Below, one piece after another: positions 12,338 through 26,967 of a stretch of DNA of 64,000 nucleotides. The translations under genes were made by a program, and so were the position numbers. Position 1 is the first letter of the stretch, and every line of letters starts with the position of its first letter. Below the pieces are notes generated by a model, which did no database searches, had not been told where the DNA came from, and saw only the letters and a list, made by a program, of their open reading frames with translations. This DNA is from the human T2T-CHM13v2.0 reference genome, Homo sapiens, in the NCBI RefSeq assembly GCF_009914755.1, contig NC_060931.1, one strand, 5' to 3'.

Positions 12338-12670
12338 AGCAGTCCCCGACCTTTTTGGCATGAGGGACCCGTTTCGTGGAAGACAACTTTTTTCCACGGA
12401 TGTGGGTGAGGGCATGAAACTGTTCCACCTCAGATCATCAGGCATTAGTTAGATTCTCATAAAGAGCACACAACCTAGATCCTTGCATGCACAGTTCACA
12501 ATAGGGTTCATGCTCTTAAGAGAATTTATCTAATGTCTCTGCTGATCTGACAGAAGGCGGAGCTCAGGCTCTAATGCTCGCTCCCGTCACTCACCTCCTG
12601 CTGTGTGGCCAGGGTCCTAACAGGCTGTGGGCCAGTACCAGTCCGCAGCCCAGGGACTGGGGACTCCTGT
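12338..12670 (+). mobile_element. MER1B (hAT-Charlie)
   Basis: cagcagtccccgacctttttggca...gtggaagacaa ... cccagggactggggactcctg, with terminal inverted repeats. Confidence 0.85.
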
Positions 12671-12771
12671 ATCATACCCATCCTTGGCCTGTTCTTTTCC
12701 CAGGTGTTACAAATTTCTCTTGACTTATAAAGGAGATGACCAATTGTTCACCCTTGTTAAAACTTGGTTAA

Positions 12772-13073
12772 GGCTGGGCACGGTGGCTCATGTCTGTAAT
12801 CCCAGCACTTTGGGAGGCTGAGGCAGGTAGATCACGAGGTCAGGAAATCGAGACCATCCTGGCTAACATGGTGAAACCCTGTCTCTACTAAAAATACAAA
12901 AAATTAGCCAGGCATGGTGGCGGGTGCTTGTAGTCCCAGCTACTCAGGAGGCTGAGGCAGGAGAATGGTGTGAACTCAGGAGGCAGAGCTTGCAGTGAGC
13001 AGAGATCGCACCACTGCACTCCAGCCTGGGTGACAGAGCAAGACTCCATCTCAAAAAAAAAAAAAACAAAAAA
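12772..13073 (+). mobile_element. AluY-like element
   Basis: gatcacgaggtcagga-atcgagaccatcctggctaac, ggagaatggtgtgaac, gagcttgcagtgagc; A-rich tail. Confidence 0.92.
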
Positions 13074-14711
13074 ACCCTTCGTTAAAAAGTCTTAGTACTT
13101 GTTTGTGTTTTCTACAAATACCGTGTTATTCTGAGTGTTTATCACTGATTTCTAGAATAGGCATTGTTTGCCTCCACTGTACTTGGCCAGCACTGGCCGT
13201 GGGTGTAGGTTCTGTGAGTCTCTGTTCTGGCCGTTCTGCCCTGTACTCTAAGCTCTGATGACTTGCGTGCTTAGCATACTGTAGGCAAGTTTAAAATTTT
13301 TTTGGAGGGAAAAATCATTTCTGACTTAAAGATAGAGCTGAAATCATTCCTCACTGTACTTAAACACAGGCACCAACATGTTTTCTCTGCAGCACCATTA
13401 GACATCCCTCCAGGAGCAGAAATTGTGTGTGATACTATTCAATATTTTCAAGTTTGGCATCATCTACCTCTCAGAAGAGGCTTGAAGAGGTAGTTTAACC
13501 TGTTGTCTTTTCCTCTTTCTAAGCTGGACTGCACTACTAAAAGCCACAAACTAAACAGGTGAATGAATATATAATGCCAGCAACTGGCAATTTCTCCACG
13601 GTGGCATGCTCAGGTGTCCATCTGCATTTGTTTATCCTGTTCTCTCTTCCCATTTCTTCTGGTAACCAAACTCCCTTTATAGTTGAAGAACCCATTCCGT
13701 GAGATTTGGAAGGGTCAGATTTTCCCATCTCCCTACCCACTGAGAAAGAGAAAACCTGTACATTAGGAGTTTGGGGGCTAAAAAAGTGGGGAAAGCCAGT
13801 ATGGTCGGGGAATTCATTCTCAGGACTTTGCCCAAGCAAGTTACAGAAATAGACAGCATCTCATTTGCTTTCAGGACATGTGTTAGCACATATGAAATGT
13901 TGATATGTCTTCATTTTAATGCCTCTTTACTACTTCCTATGTTTATGTTAGCCTACCCCAAGTGTTTCCAAACTTCTCTGATCATCAAAATCTCCAAAGG
14001 AGCTTGAAAGTGAAGATTGACAAAATGAACCCAAATATTTTGTAATCATATCTAGGAAATGGACTTTTTTCAGAAGCTGCCCAGGGAGTTCTTCAGATGA
14101 ACCAACTTTGGAATTTACTCTTCTGCATACGATGTGGTGTCCATCCGTGAAATCATTAGCTAAATGATTATATCTCTGGCTGCTGCAGAAAGGCAAACGC
14201 TTAACTGGCCACATATGATATTTCACAGCGCCACGTGTTTCTGCTGAGAGGTCTGCCACTTTCAGCCCAGACAAAAGAGAGTAGAAGGAGCTCCACTCCC
14301 TACTCCACAGAGCAGGCTGAACCCAGGACCAACACTGACGTTACAGCATAAAGAGGCTCCAATTAGAGCACAGAGGCAACATGCTGCCAAAAATAAATTT
14401 AAAAAATTAATTAATAAATTAATAAATAAAACCCACTTGAGGATAAAAGTAATCAGTGGCCAGTGTTCTGCAGGCTATATTTGAGGGAAGTAAAATCTCT
14501 GTATCACTGAAAATGTGTATAATTAAAGTGAATAGTGAGTTAATTCATAAGCTGAGAATGAGGGACTCTGCTTCAAAACAGACATCTCAACACAAATGAA
14601 CCTGGAGCAAGAATAGAACAGGATGTACCCTAATGATCAGCAGATCTTAGACTAGCCAGAGAGATGAGGGAGCCAGCCTAGACCAGAATGGAGAGCCCTC
14701 TTGGCCACATG

Positions 14712-15227
14712 GGGTGGCCAGCCTCCCAGATGGTACCCAATGATCTTGCCACCTGTAATTTGCACCCTGGTATAGCCCCCTTCAATGTTGTGCCTGGTTG
14801 CTTTGTGTGACCAATAGCAGATGGCCTAAGTAATGACACATCGCTTCGGAGATTAGGTTGTAGAAGGGTGCAACCTCTGTCTGGGGGCACTCTCTCATTT
14901 GCCTGTGTTCTCTCTGTCTCGGATCACCTGGCTCAGGGGAAGCCATTCTGTGAACTGTCCTATGGAGAGGCCAGCTTGGGGAGGAATTGATGTCTTCTAT
15001 CAGGAACCATGAGAGTGAGCTTAGAAGTGGATCCTGCCCCCTCAGTGAATCCTGCGGCTCCAAGTGACAGCTTGACTGCAACATCATCTGAGACCCTAAG
15101 CAGGAGCCACCTTGCTTGGCCAGTCCTGGATCCCTGAACCCTCGGAAACTGTGAGATAATAAATGATTATCATTTTCATCTGCTAAGTTTTACTGTCATT
15201 TACCACAAAGCAATAGATAACTAATAC
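14712..15227 (+). mobile_element. MaLR LTR (MLT1F/G-like)
   Basis: gatggtacccaatgatc ... cagcttgactgcaacatcatctgagaccct ... gcaatagataactaataca. Confidence 0.8.
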
Positions 15228-17229
15228 ACCACACCAACTTCACCGTGAGAAAGTCTATACATTTATTATCAGAAATGACTATCTTCAGAACTTGTAATAT
15301 ATTGATGCTTTAGTCAATTGAAGTATGTCATTTATATTCTGGGATGTTGGTCGGTAATTCTTAACCCATTTTTTGTCATCGTCAATTTTTTATTCCGCAA
15401 ACATTTGATCATCTGCAGTACCAGCTCCTGGTTTAGGCTTTATGAATACAGCAGTGAGCAACAGTGGCAAAGTCCCTATCGCATACAAGCTTCATACAAA
15501 GTAAATGAATACTTTAAAAGGCAATTGCATATTATGATAACACGCACAGAAAAAATAAACAGGTGACCTGAATGAGGGCAACTAGCTATAGGGCTGGAGT
15601 GAGAGGCGACTTCTCTTGATAGGGTGGTGGAGAATGTCTCTCTGCAGAGTGGCATTTGCTGAGATTGAAGGGTGAAAAGAGCAGGCCATGGGAAGGGGCT
15701 AGGAAGGGAAGCCAAGGCAGAAAAAGTCAAGAACAAGGCCCTAAGCTGGCAAAGGGGACCAGAGAGGACCTCCTTCCTTAAAAAGCCCATCCGAATCCCG
15801 TGGCTCCCACCTAAGGGGTTCCCAAGACGTTGGTGCCCAGGTAAGTGCCCTTCCCTTTAGCAGGTGGCTAATTCTAGTTTCCTCTTCCCCCCAACACCCC
15901 TGGCCCTTTCTGAAGAGCAATAGGAAACATTCTCATAGATTATTTTATTGAAATATTGTTTTATGAGCTAGAAGAGAAATATGATTACTACTGGATAGTA
16001 TTTGGGAATCCTTGACTTTCACGCCTGGCAGTTTTTAACAAGTAACTCATACTTTTAGCTTTCTCTTTACGGGTTTCTCTCAAACTTTGAGAGAACTGGA
16101 TATTTTGGAGACAAGATCAAATGTATTTTGTCATATTTCCTCAATCCACACTCTTGCCCAGCCTCTGAGGAAGCAATCCCACGGTTTTCAGTCCTAGTCA
16201 ATATCCCACATCTGCTGTGTGAATGAATTAAAGAGTTCACCACGGTGGATACATGCCATTTTGGCTGTGTCTCTCATTCCCTCGCTGTCCTAATTCTCCC
16301 AGCAGCCCCATTTTGTGAGGCTTGTTATGCTTCTTAAGGCAGCTTGCTTAAACAGAGCCTCCCATCCCTACAAAATGCAGGTGCTGAGCTCTGAAGGGCA
16401 CGAGACACCCTCTGATGCACTGGCTAGCTGTTCTGAGCACCCAGTGAATCATTCCTTCTTACACAATCTGATTGTGTGACTCTGCTTAAGTTTAGCATCA
16501 GTTAATTTGGAGGAACATAATATTTTGCATTTTGCAGTGTGACACTGTGTCAGAATCAGTCATCACTGTTAGCTTGATACCAATACTGTGCATATCGGGT
16601 GAGCTGGAGAAGGCATTGTGACCCTTGGAGAGAAGCTGGCCTGTGTACAGTTCTTCTGTTTCATGTGACAGTGCAATGTCACTGAAAATCTGGTTAATTT
16701 CTCTTCCCTGCCCCCTAGACTCTCTCCAACATAAATTATAATGATGCTCAAAGTGTCACCAGATTGGTAATTGAAGGAACACTTGGCATCTTCAAGAAGG
16801 GTTCAGATGGGGAGATAAATCTATCAGAACATTGCCGAGCAGCTCTTACCAGAAAGTTCCTTACTCCTGTCTGGACCAGTTACAAACTGACTTAATAGGT
16901 CATGATGTATGGTTTATACTCAGATGAAAAGACAGAGATTAATGAGTCAAACTAATTGCTGCCACAAATGAGGATGATATACAAGTTGGAAAGGCATTAG
17001 AGATACAGCAACGAACACCAGTTGAGATAACCCTGGATTGGATTCCTTTAAAGGCTAATAGAGGACTGCAGCTTTCTGCTAGGTGTTGATAAATTGTATG
17101 CTATGATTTTTTCCTTTGTTCTTATTTCCATTCAGAACATCTCTAATACATTGAGTATCCCTCTTGATGAGGCCATAAGAGAAATACATTTACCATTTAG
17201 TATGAATTTGAGAAGTAATAAGCATTTTA

Positions 17230-18870
17230 ACGTCAAAACACAATCTCAAGACCTCGGGAAGAAAAAGGTTTCTTAAACACAATGTAATTTTTAAAATTAG
17301 CCAAGTATGGTGGCATGTGCCTGTAATCCCAGCACTTTGGGAGGCTGAGGCTGGAGGTTCAACAAGCCCAGGCCTTTAAATCCAGCCTGGGCAACACAGC
17401 AAGACTCTATCTCTTAAAAAAGTCACTAGCCATAAAGAAAACTGGACTGCATTAAAATTAATAACTATTTCATAAGACATCATTAAGAGTGGAAAAGGTA
17501 GGTCACAGCATAAAACATATTTATAAGACCTATATCAAACAAAATATTCACATTCAGAATATAAAGAATTTCTACAATTTAATTAGAAACGGGTAAATAA
17601 TACAATAGAAATATGGGGGAACCACTGAATGGGCCCTCAAAAAACTGGTCTTCCAAATGGTCACTAGCTATATGAAAAGCTTCTGAAATTCAATAGTCAA
17701 CAGAGAAATAATTTCAAACTACAATGGTGATACCAGTATACATTCACCAGAATGGCGAAAATGACGAAGACAGACAAGACTCTGTGTTGGCAAGGACAGG
17801 AAGCAATTGGAACACACATTGCTGGTGGGAGTGTAAGCTGACATAATTATTTTAGAAAACTATTCTGCAGTACCTGTTAACACTGAATATTGACACACAC
17901 TAGGAGCCAGCAATTGCACTCCTAGATATATAGTGAACAAAAATGTGTACCCATATTCACCGAGAACGTGTGCAAGAATTCAGAGCAGCAGAATTAGCAA
18001 TAACCAAAAATAAAAACCCAAATATCCATGAACAGTAGGATGGATGATTAAATTGTGGTATGTGTTCACACAATGGAAACCCACCCAGCACTGAGAAAGA
18101 ATCAACTACAACTATATGCAGCAACATGAATAAGTCTCAAAAATAAAAAGTTGAGTGAAAGAAACCAAAGACAGAAGAATACATACTGCATGATTTCATT
18201 TGTAAAAATTTCAAAAATGCACAAAACTAACCTAAGGCGTTAGTTAGAACAGGCAAGGCTAATTTATAGAGTTAAAAGGTTATGCTTGGAGGGTGATTAG
18301 GGGCTGGAAAAGGACACCAGGGGCTCTTGGGGTGCTGGTAATGCTTTGTTTCTGGATCTGTGTACTGGTTACTCACTTGGTGAGAATTTCTCAAGTATAC
18401 AATTATGATTAGCATTCTTTTCTTGGTGAATTTTATACCTAAAAGTTTACATGAAAAGCTCTCCACTGATGAATGAATGGCCAAAATGTGGCATACCTAT
18501 ACAATTAAATGTTACCCAGTGTTAAAAAGGAGTGAAATACTGATATCTACTGCCACGTGGATGAACCTTAAAAGCACTGTGCTAAGTGAAAAAAGCCAGT
18601 CACAAAAGGCCACATATTGTGTGGTTCCATTTATATGAAATGTCCAGAATAGGCAAAATAATTCAGAAAGCAGACGTGGTTGCCAGGGGCTGGAGGGAGG
18701 GAGAAATGGAAAGTGACCACTATGAATATAGGGTTTCTTTTTGGAGTGATGAAAATATTCTAGAATTAGACGGTGGTGTTGGTTGCATAACACGTGAATA
18801 TGCTAAAAACCACTGAAATGCACTTTCAAAGGGTCAATCTTATGGTGTGGGAATTAAAGTTCAACAAAAA
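17230..18870 (+). mobile_element. Old L1M 3' fragments (L1MC/ME-like, then an L1MB-like tail at ~18460-18870) with an Alu monomer at ~17295-17420
   Basis: L1 ORF2-end phrases (ttgctggtgggagtgtaa, caattgcactcctagatata) and two separate L1M 3'UTR tails. Confidence 0.75.
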
Positions 18871-20489
18871 AAATAAAACCTTCCTTAGTGTTAGTATGTT
18901 GTATGCAGAGGCCTACACTTCTACAACCATCAAGATGCATGGACTTTTTCATTTGTTTATCAGCTGACAGGGGCTGGATCATCTGAACTATACATTCCAC
19001 ATTGGTTTGGGTACCCTGGATCAGGAATCCTCAAATTTTATATACAGCACGACATTCTCCTTGAAAGCCTTGGGGACTACCAGTGAGCAAACAGTTTTAA
19101 ACATTTCAACCAATACCAGTGGATTGGAGGAAGTAAAATTTCATGTACATTAATGGGCTTAAAGCCCTGGTATTTCTAATAATTTGTTATTCATATGCCA
19201 ATAAATACATGTCTGTTACAGAACACTTGCTTATAATTCAATTAGGAAAAACTAACACTTGCCTCATGAATGGGCATGAATCAAGGGTCTCAAAATTGTT
19301 CATACTCTTTGATTTAGTAATTCAACTTCTAGGATTCTATCCTAAAGAGATAATTAGCAATGCCATCTGGATTAATTTAAAAGAGTGTTAACCACAGGGT
19401 TGTCCTAGTGAAACAAAAGTGCCCAAATGATAAACACAAAGAGGGATGGAGGCAGAGACTCGCAGCACACAGAGTGATTCTGGGCACGGAGGCCCTGCCC
19501 CCACACTTTCTGAAGAACTGAGAAGTGTCTATAATGGATATTAGAATACCAAGCCAGATAGACCCAAGGCCCTAATCCAAGTGCCCCACCAGATATGTGA
19601 ATTGCAAATTTCCTCTGTCTCATTCCTTTCCTCCTCTCCCCTCCATTCTTCTTTCTATACTTACCCCAGTTGCTCAGGGCCTGACCTTGGCTAAAATCCC
19701 TGGAGAGAAGACTGATTAGCTTTTAGTCTTGACCAATTAAAATCAGCTGGGGAGCTTTGCTCTGGAAACATCTCTAGAAGGGGCATGGGGCTGAGTAATA
19801 AATGTTAAAAGTAGGACAATGAAAACAGTTGGAGTGTTAAAACAAGGACATCCTCATTCACTCGCACCAATGAACTCTTTGCCAAAATGTTTATCTCTGC
19901 CAAAATGTTTGATCTCTATCCTGTAGACGTGTATAGAAGCTAAGTGAGAGGCAGGGAAAGGCAGAGAAACTGGGCCACCTTGGCTCTCCTTGATTAGCTT
20001 CCAATTTGTTGAAGAGGAACAGGGCAGGGCCAGAACAGGTGAGTTTCCTTTAGTGGTACTCCACGGAATTCTAACTTCTGTCTTAATGTAGGGGAAGATA
20101 GTCTCAGTATTTAGAGGCTATGTTCTTGTAACTTGTTCTACTTTCCAACTTAAAGTCAAAGAGACTCAGTCATCACGAGAAAATAATCCAAAGGGATTGT
20201 GTAATAACATTTTTAAAATCACTTAATTAAAACTCTTGTTATAAAAGTAGCACATACTTATTATTTTAAAAGTGACATTTACCCTGACACCCTAACTCAG
20301 TCTCCAAAACAAATAGTCATAACTTCAGTGTTTTTGTATGTATGTGAAAGTATATATGTAGATATATCTAAGTACAATAAAGCAATTTTTCTCATACTTT
20401 AGTGTAGATCATGCAGTTATTCAACAGCCTTGCTAAAAATGCTGATGGGGCCAGGAATTTATGTTTTTAACAAAGATAATGATGAAGGG

Positions 20490-21015
20490 GGTCTGCACCA
20501 AGATAAGCCCCAATAATCACCATCTCCTAGGATTCATTCCCTGTGCTTCTCTTCCTGTATCAAACACGGTTGACTTTAGTAACCAACAGAATACTGCAGA
20601 CACAATTAAGTACCACTTCTGTGGCTAGATCATCAATGTCGTTGAAGCTTTCACCTTGGATTCTCTTGGGTTATCCCCTCTGGAGGAAGCCAGCTGCTGT
20701 GTCCTGAGGACACTCAAGGACTCCTACAGAGAGGTCATCATGACAAGGAACTGGGGTCTCCCACCAAGAACCAGTGTCAGCATGCCAGCCATGTGATGAG
20801 TCACATGGGAAGCAGGTCCTCCATCCCCAGTCCAGCCTTCAGATGACTGCAGCTGACACCTTGAACGAGATCTCATGAGGGATCCTCAGACTGAATTACC
20901 TAGCTCAGCCTCTCCTGATTTCCTGGTTCACAGAAACTGTGTGAAATGATAAATGTTTATTATTTTAGGCCACTAATTTTGTGGTAATTTGTGGCAGAAC
21001 AATAGGTAACTAATG
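20490..21015 (+). mobile_element. MaLR LTR (MLT1F/G-like)
   Basis: aagataagccccaataatc ... ccttcagatgactgcagc ... cacagaaactgtgtgaaatgataaatg ... aataggtaactaat. Confidence 0.78.
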
Positions 21016-22152
21016 AGGAACAATGCTGTAAAGTATATTATTGATCCCATTAGCTGCCTTTAAAAATAGTTACATATTTTACATAATATGTTTTATGTCA
21101 CAGGTGAGGTTTGGTGACAAGTTAATGCCTAACATAATCAAAGGCTAAAATTGCTATAGATGTAACTTACTTCAATTCCAAATGTTAACAGTACTAAACA
21201 GTAACATCTTAAGAAGGGACTCATTCCTGTTTTTATTTAACAATACTGTAGTCCTCTGGCTTAAATTAGATGTAAATCTCCTCATAACCCCTCAGAGGTT
21301 TTTCCTTTTTTTTTTAATATCAGTGATAGGGCCAGTACTATACATAAATAATTCAGTATTTATTGCCAACCACCATGCTACAAAATTTACTTATCCACAA
21401 TCTTTACTGTTCCTTCACTAGGTAAGAATTATCACTCCCATCTTACAGATGAGAGGACTGAGGTTCAGGAAGAAGGATTAAACTTCTATACACCTTTCAG
21501 CTGGCAAGAGGAGGAGCCAGAGCTTATTATTTTCAAAATATCAGACCAAGTTTTAGTTATTGGCATTGGATTTGCTACTGTGGCGACAGGCCTGAGTGGG
21601 AGTTGGGGTAGGTTATCCTGCTTTGGAATGTTCCTTATACAAACACCAATCAGACGGTGAACAGCTAATTGTGAGTGCTCCTTGTGTGCCAGACACTATG
21701 CCATGTTCTAAGAAGATAGTGGTTAAAAAAAAAGAACATGGGTTCTACCTCTACCCAGTGTATAAATTGGTAGGCTGCTTACCCAGCATTTATTCTTATT
21801 TTTTGGTGGAGGTCACTGAGGTTAAGAAGCCATTTAATAGCAGATGCCCAATATTTCCAAATAATGAATGTGATAAAGTGATATAAAGTGTTTTTTAATA
21901 GCACCAATGATACTCAGATCACATCCAGTCCAACTGTTTCATTTTATAGAAGAATCTGAGGTTCAGAAAGGGTAAATGACTAATGAAAAGGGTGTTGAAC
22001 CTAAACCTGTGTGTAAGACCAAGTCCAGAGCTCCTCACACTCTAATCCAATAGCTTCCTGAATTTAAGGGGCTATGAGATAAAACCACCCCAACTATCTG
22101 ACTCACCATGAACTGGAGCCTGGCTGACTTCTCAACTCCACCAGCTTCCATG

Positions 22153-22326
22153 CAGTGCTTCTCAATCCTGGCTACACATTTGCATCACCTAAGAAGCTTT
22201 AGAAAACTCCAAAGCCTGGCTGCACTGCCACCAATTAAATTAGAATCTCTAGAGGTGGGCTCAGGCAGCAGGATTGGTTAAAGCAGTCCAGGCAATTCCA
22301 TAGTGCAGCCAAGCTTGAGAACTCCA
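22153..22326. mobile_element. MER5A (hAT-Charlie)
   Basis: cagtgcttctcaatcctggctacacatttgcatcacct ... aagcttgagaac inverted ends. Confidence 0.75.
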
Positions 22327-22390
22327 GGTTGAGTTTCTGGTGATAGAGTCTTTCAGGCTCTTCCAGGTTTTGCTACTTCACTTTTTACCA

Positions 22391-22828
22391 TGCACTGGGT
22401 TGGCTAGTGCTCCCCAAAATTCATGTTCTTCCTGAAACTCAGAATGTGACTTTATTTGGAAATAAGGTTGTTGTCAATGTAATTCGTTAATTTAAGAGGA
22501 GATAATGGAGTAGGGTATGCCATTAATCCGACTGGTGTCCTTATAAGAAGAGGAGAAGAGACACAGAAAGACACAGCAGAGAGGTGGATGCCATGTGAAG
22601 TCACACACAGAGGGAGGGTGGCCACGTGACGATGGAGGCAGAGATGGAGTCATGCAGCTTGCAAGCTGCAGAACACCAAGGAATGCCTGTAATGACCAAG
22701 GGCTGGGAAGCAGATCATGGCCCTGCTGACACCTTGATTTTGGACTTCTCAGCTCCGCAACTGTCAGAGAATATTGAGTTGAGCCATACAGCTTGTGGTA
22801 GTTTGTTATGACAGCCCTAGGAAACTAC
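22391..22828 (+). mobile_element. MaLR LTR (MLT1B/C-like)
   Basis: cagaatgtgactttatttggaaataagg ... gactggtgtccttataagaagagg ... ccctgctgacaccttgattttggacttc ... cagccctaggaaactaca. Confidence 0.85.
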
Positions 22829-23149
22829 ACCCCTCTCCACCAGCCGGGGGCTCCCCTGTGCACTACTTCCAACTTGAATGGCATGAGTCCAGCAGATGAG
22901 GTTCAATACTCCTTCTAGTCCTACTGTGATCCCCTTCTCTCCTTTGTGTGCCTTATCTCTGGTCAATGGTGAGTGTCCTGGTCTTCTTCCTCCCATTCAT
23001 CTCCAGATTTCCCAGGCAGCAAACACAGCTAGTAGAGCTCCTCTTTACCTCAGAGTTCCTAAATTCCCTGGTTATGTATTTGGAGAACATTTTCCACGTT
23101 CTGCTGTTTGCTTTCCAGTCTTTTCCTCTTTCATCTTGATCCAGGGAGG

Positions 23150-23375
23150 AAGGGGAGCATAGCATCTAGAGCACAGACTTTAGAACCAGAGAGCATTAGC
23201 TCATCCCCTGGTTCTAACAGTTAGTGCCTATGTGGTCATGAACAAATTTTTAACCTCTCTAAGCCTCAGTTTTCTAATCTGTAAAATGGGGGTAAAACCT
23301 TCCACACAGAGTTGTCATTATAACGATGAAAGGAAGCCATGTCTGTATTTAGGATGGTGCCTTCAGCACACGGTA
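23150..23375. mobile_element. MIR SINE
   Basis: MIR core: taacctctctaagcctcagttttctaatctgtaaaatgggg. Confidence 0.75.
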
Positions 23376-24044
23376 GAGATCAAGAACTCTAACTCTCAAA
23401 CTGCTCTTTCCTATGAAGCCTAACTTCACATTCAGATTAGCACTTTAAATGGTCTAATTTTCTATTCCATTGCTCCCATGACATCCATTTTTCCCTGGAC
23501 AATACTGTAGCCCATTGGAATCTCTCGTCTATTGTTCTTTGACTTATTTGGAAGCAGAGATAAACCCATCCTTCCTTCTTTATAATGTCATGCAGTGATA
23601 CATCATTATTCCAGCCCTCCAAATATGCCATTTGCAGAGGCAGAATTATTGACTAGGAAGAAATTTTGTTTCATGAGGTAAGAGGAGTGAATGTGTGTAT
23701 GTGTGTATACTTTGTTTTAGAATTCATTTCTAAAAATCTATATGAAAAAAATCTATTAGGTCTATCCAGAGAGAAAATGTACAGCTAGAAGAGAAACTAA
23801 ATCTAATCTCTGGTTAGCGTGGGAATTGGGGGAATTATATCCAGAACCTTCATGAAAAAGCCTAGCTTTTTATATAACATGAACAACAGCAACAACAAAT
23901 AAATGGGAAAAAATAACAGACTTAAAATGAGAATGAATTTATTAAAGAGAAATTAAAAAGAAAATTATTAAGACAATGATTGGGAGAGACAGGATAAAAT
24001 TTTAAGGATAGAAATTTTTAAAACTTAGAATAAAATGTTCTTTT

Positions 24045-25160
24045 AACCCTAGAAGAAAACCTAGGCAATACTATTCGGGACATAGGCATGGGCAAAGACT
24101 TCATGACTAAAATACCAACAAAATTGACAAATGGGATCTAATCCAACTAAAGAGCTTCTGCACAGCAAAAGAAACTATCATCAGAGTGAACAGACAACCT
24201 AAAGAATGGGAGAAAATTTTTGCAATCTACCCATCTGACACAGGTGTAATATCCAGAATCTAAAAGGAACATAAACAAATTTACAAACAAACAAACAAAC
24301 AATCCCATCAAAAAGTGGGTGAAGTACATTAACAGACACTTCTCAAAAGAAGACATTTATGTGGCCAACAAACATGAAAAAAAGCTCATCATCACTGGTC
24401 ATTAGAAAAATGCAAATCAAAACCACCATGCCAAATACCATCTCACGCCAGTTAAAATGGCGATCATTAAAAAGTCAGGAAACAACAGATGCTGGAGAGC
24501 ATGTGGAGAAATGGGAACGCTTTTACACTATTGATGGGAGTGTAAATTAGTTCAACCATTGTGGAAGACAGTGTAGCAATTCCTCAAGGATCTAGAACTG
24601 GAAATACCATTTGACCCAGCAATCCCATTACTGGGTGTATACCCAAAGGATTATAAATCATTCTCCTATAAAGACAGATGCACAAGTATGTTTATTGCAG
24701 CAGTATTTACAATAGCAAAGACTTGGAACTAACCCAAATGCCCATCCATGATAGACTGGATAAAGAAAATGTGGCACATATACACTATGGAATACTATGC
24801 AGCCATAAAAAAGAATGTGTTTGTGTCCTTTGCAGGGACATGGATGAAGCTGGAAGCCATCATTCTCAGCAAACACACACAGGAACAGAAAACCAAACAC
24901 CGCATGTTCTCACTCATAAGTGAGAGATGAACAATGAGAACACATGGACACAGGGAGGGGAACATCACACACCAGGTCCTATCGGAGGATGGGGGGGCAA
25001 GAGGAGGGAGAGTATTAGGACAAATACCTAACGCATGTGGGGCTTAAAACCTAGATGAGGGTTGATGGGTGCAGCAAACCACCATGGCACGCACATACCT
25101 ATATAACAAACCTATACATTCTATATATGTATCCCAGAACTTACAGTAAAAAAAAAAAAA
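24045..25160 (+). mobile_element. 5'-truncated L1PA (L1PA8-type 3' end)
   Basis: ORF2 C-terminal similarity; 3'UTR contains gcttaaaacctagatg; poly-A tail. Degenerate TSD aaaatgttctttt (24032-24044) / aaaaagttatttt (25157-25169). Confidence 0.92.
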
Positions 25161-25532
25161 AGTTATTTTGAATAATCAGTAAAATGATTAAAATAAAAAT
25201 TCAAATAGATAAAAGGAAAGATTTAAATAAAAATTTAAACAATTAAAAATAAAACCTGAACCTCAAAAGCTAAAATGAAAACCAAAACAAACCTAAATTG
25301 ATATACTGTGATGTAAGATAGAATGTTAAAGATGAAGGCATGAAAAAATAATTAAAAAGGAAGCTCTGGCTGTAAAACCCAGAAGGTTAATGATTGAATG
25401 AGCAAGCAGTTAAATAGTCTCTAAAGTTTCTAGACACTTTAGAAAGGCAAAAAAAGACTGCAAGAAACAAAAATCAAAAGGATAAGGGACACTAAAATGA
25501 CCTAACAAAAAAGCATGTTAAAGTTGAGATGT

Positions 25533-25862
25533 TGTCTTAGTCTGTTTGTGATGCTATAACAAAATACCTTAGACTGAGTAATTTATAAAGACCAGAAATT
25601 TATTGCTTACAGTTTTGAAGACTGGTAAGTCCAAGGCAAGATCAAGGCACCAGCATTAGGTGTCTTATAAGCGCCTCTTGCTGCATTCTCACGTGGCCAA
25701 ATGTTCCCTGAAGCCTGTTTTATAAAGGCCTTAATCCCACTCATGAAGGAGGAGTCTTTATGGCCTCATCACCTCCTAAAGACCCCACCTCTTAATAGTA
25801 TTACATTGGAGATTAAGTTTCAACATGAATTTTGGAGGGACACAAACACTCAAACCATAACA
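25533..25862 (-). mobile_element. MaLR LTR (MSTB-like)
   Basis: tgtcttagtctgtttgtgatgctataacaaaatacc ... ggattaagtttcaacatgaattttggagggacacaaac...caaaccataaca. Confidence 0.85.
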
Positions 25863-26584
25863 GTTATTAAAAACAATAATGTCAATAAAGAAAAGCACAC
25901 GAAAATAAGTAAGTTGCTGTTTGTGGAGCAATGGACACTTCCATACTCAGGGGTCCTTCAGGGGCAAGAACTGAGGTCCTTGTCACTGAGCTTGGAGGTG
26001 AAAGCTGCAGCCTAGCTTCTTTTCCAGAATTTGAAGGGTTGGTCTCAAATGCAAAGAAACCAGGAGCTTCCTTCTTCTCCCTTCATTTCCCACCCCCCAA
26101 ATATCTTCTTGTAAGACCCTGCCTTGCCATTTCCCTATAGGTCCCCCTTTCAATTAGAAGTCTGAGTAGATAAGGGAGCAGGGACCTGCTGGGTTCAAGT
26201 GAATGGGGAGAATGACATGTCAGTGTGGGGTTGTGGCAGAGAAAGCTCGCCTCCTCCCATGGCATATTTCCTGGAATGTCCCACAGGTGCTCACACTCCC
26301 ATGTCCTACATAAATGCAACCATCTTCCTCCAGATCTGTTCCTTCCACCCCATCTCTGCCCACCCTGTGCTCATTTAGCCCTTTAATGTCTCCACCATCA
26401 ACTTAATCAAGCAGGCAACCTCAGAGTCACTTGGGACTGTTGAGTCAGAAAAAGGATGGTTAGTAGTGGGTCCAGGTCGATGTCCAGAAGTAATTCTAGA
26501 ATTAATTCCATACCACTGGTCCTGCCCCATGCTGCCTCACTTGGTATCACTCAGCAGACTTTTCTGGGCATGGTGTCATTTTAA

Positions 26585-26967
<383 letters not shown>
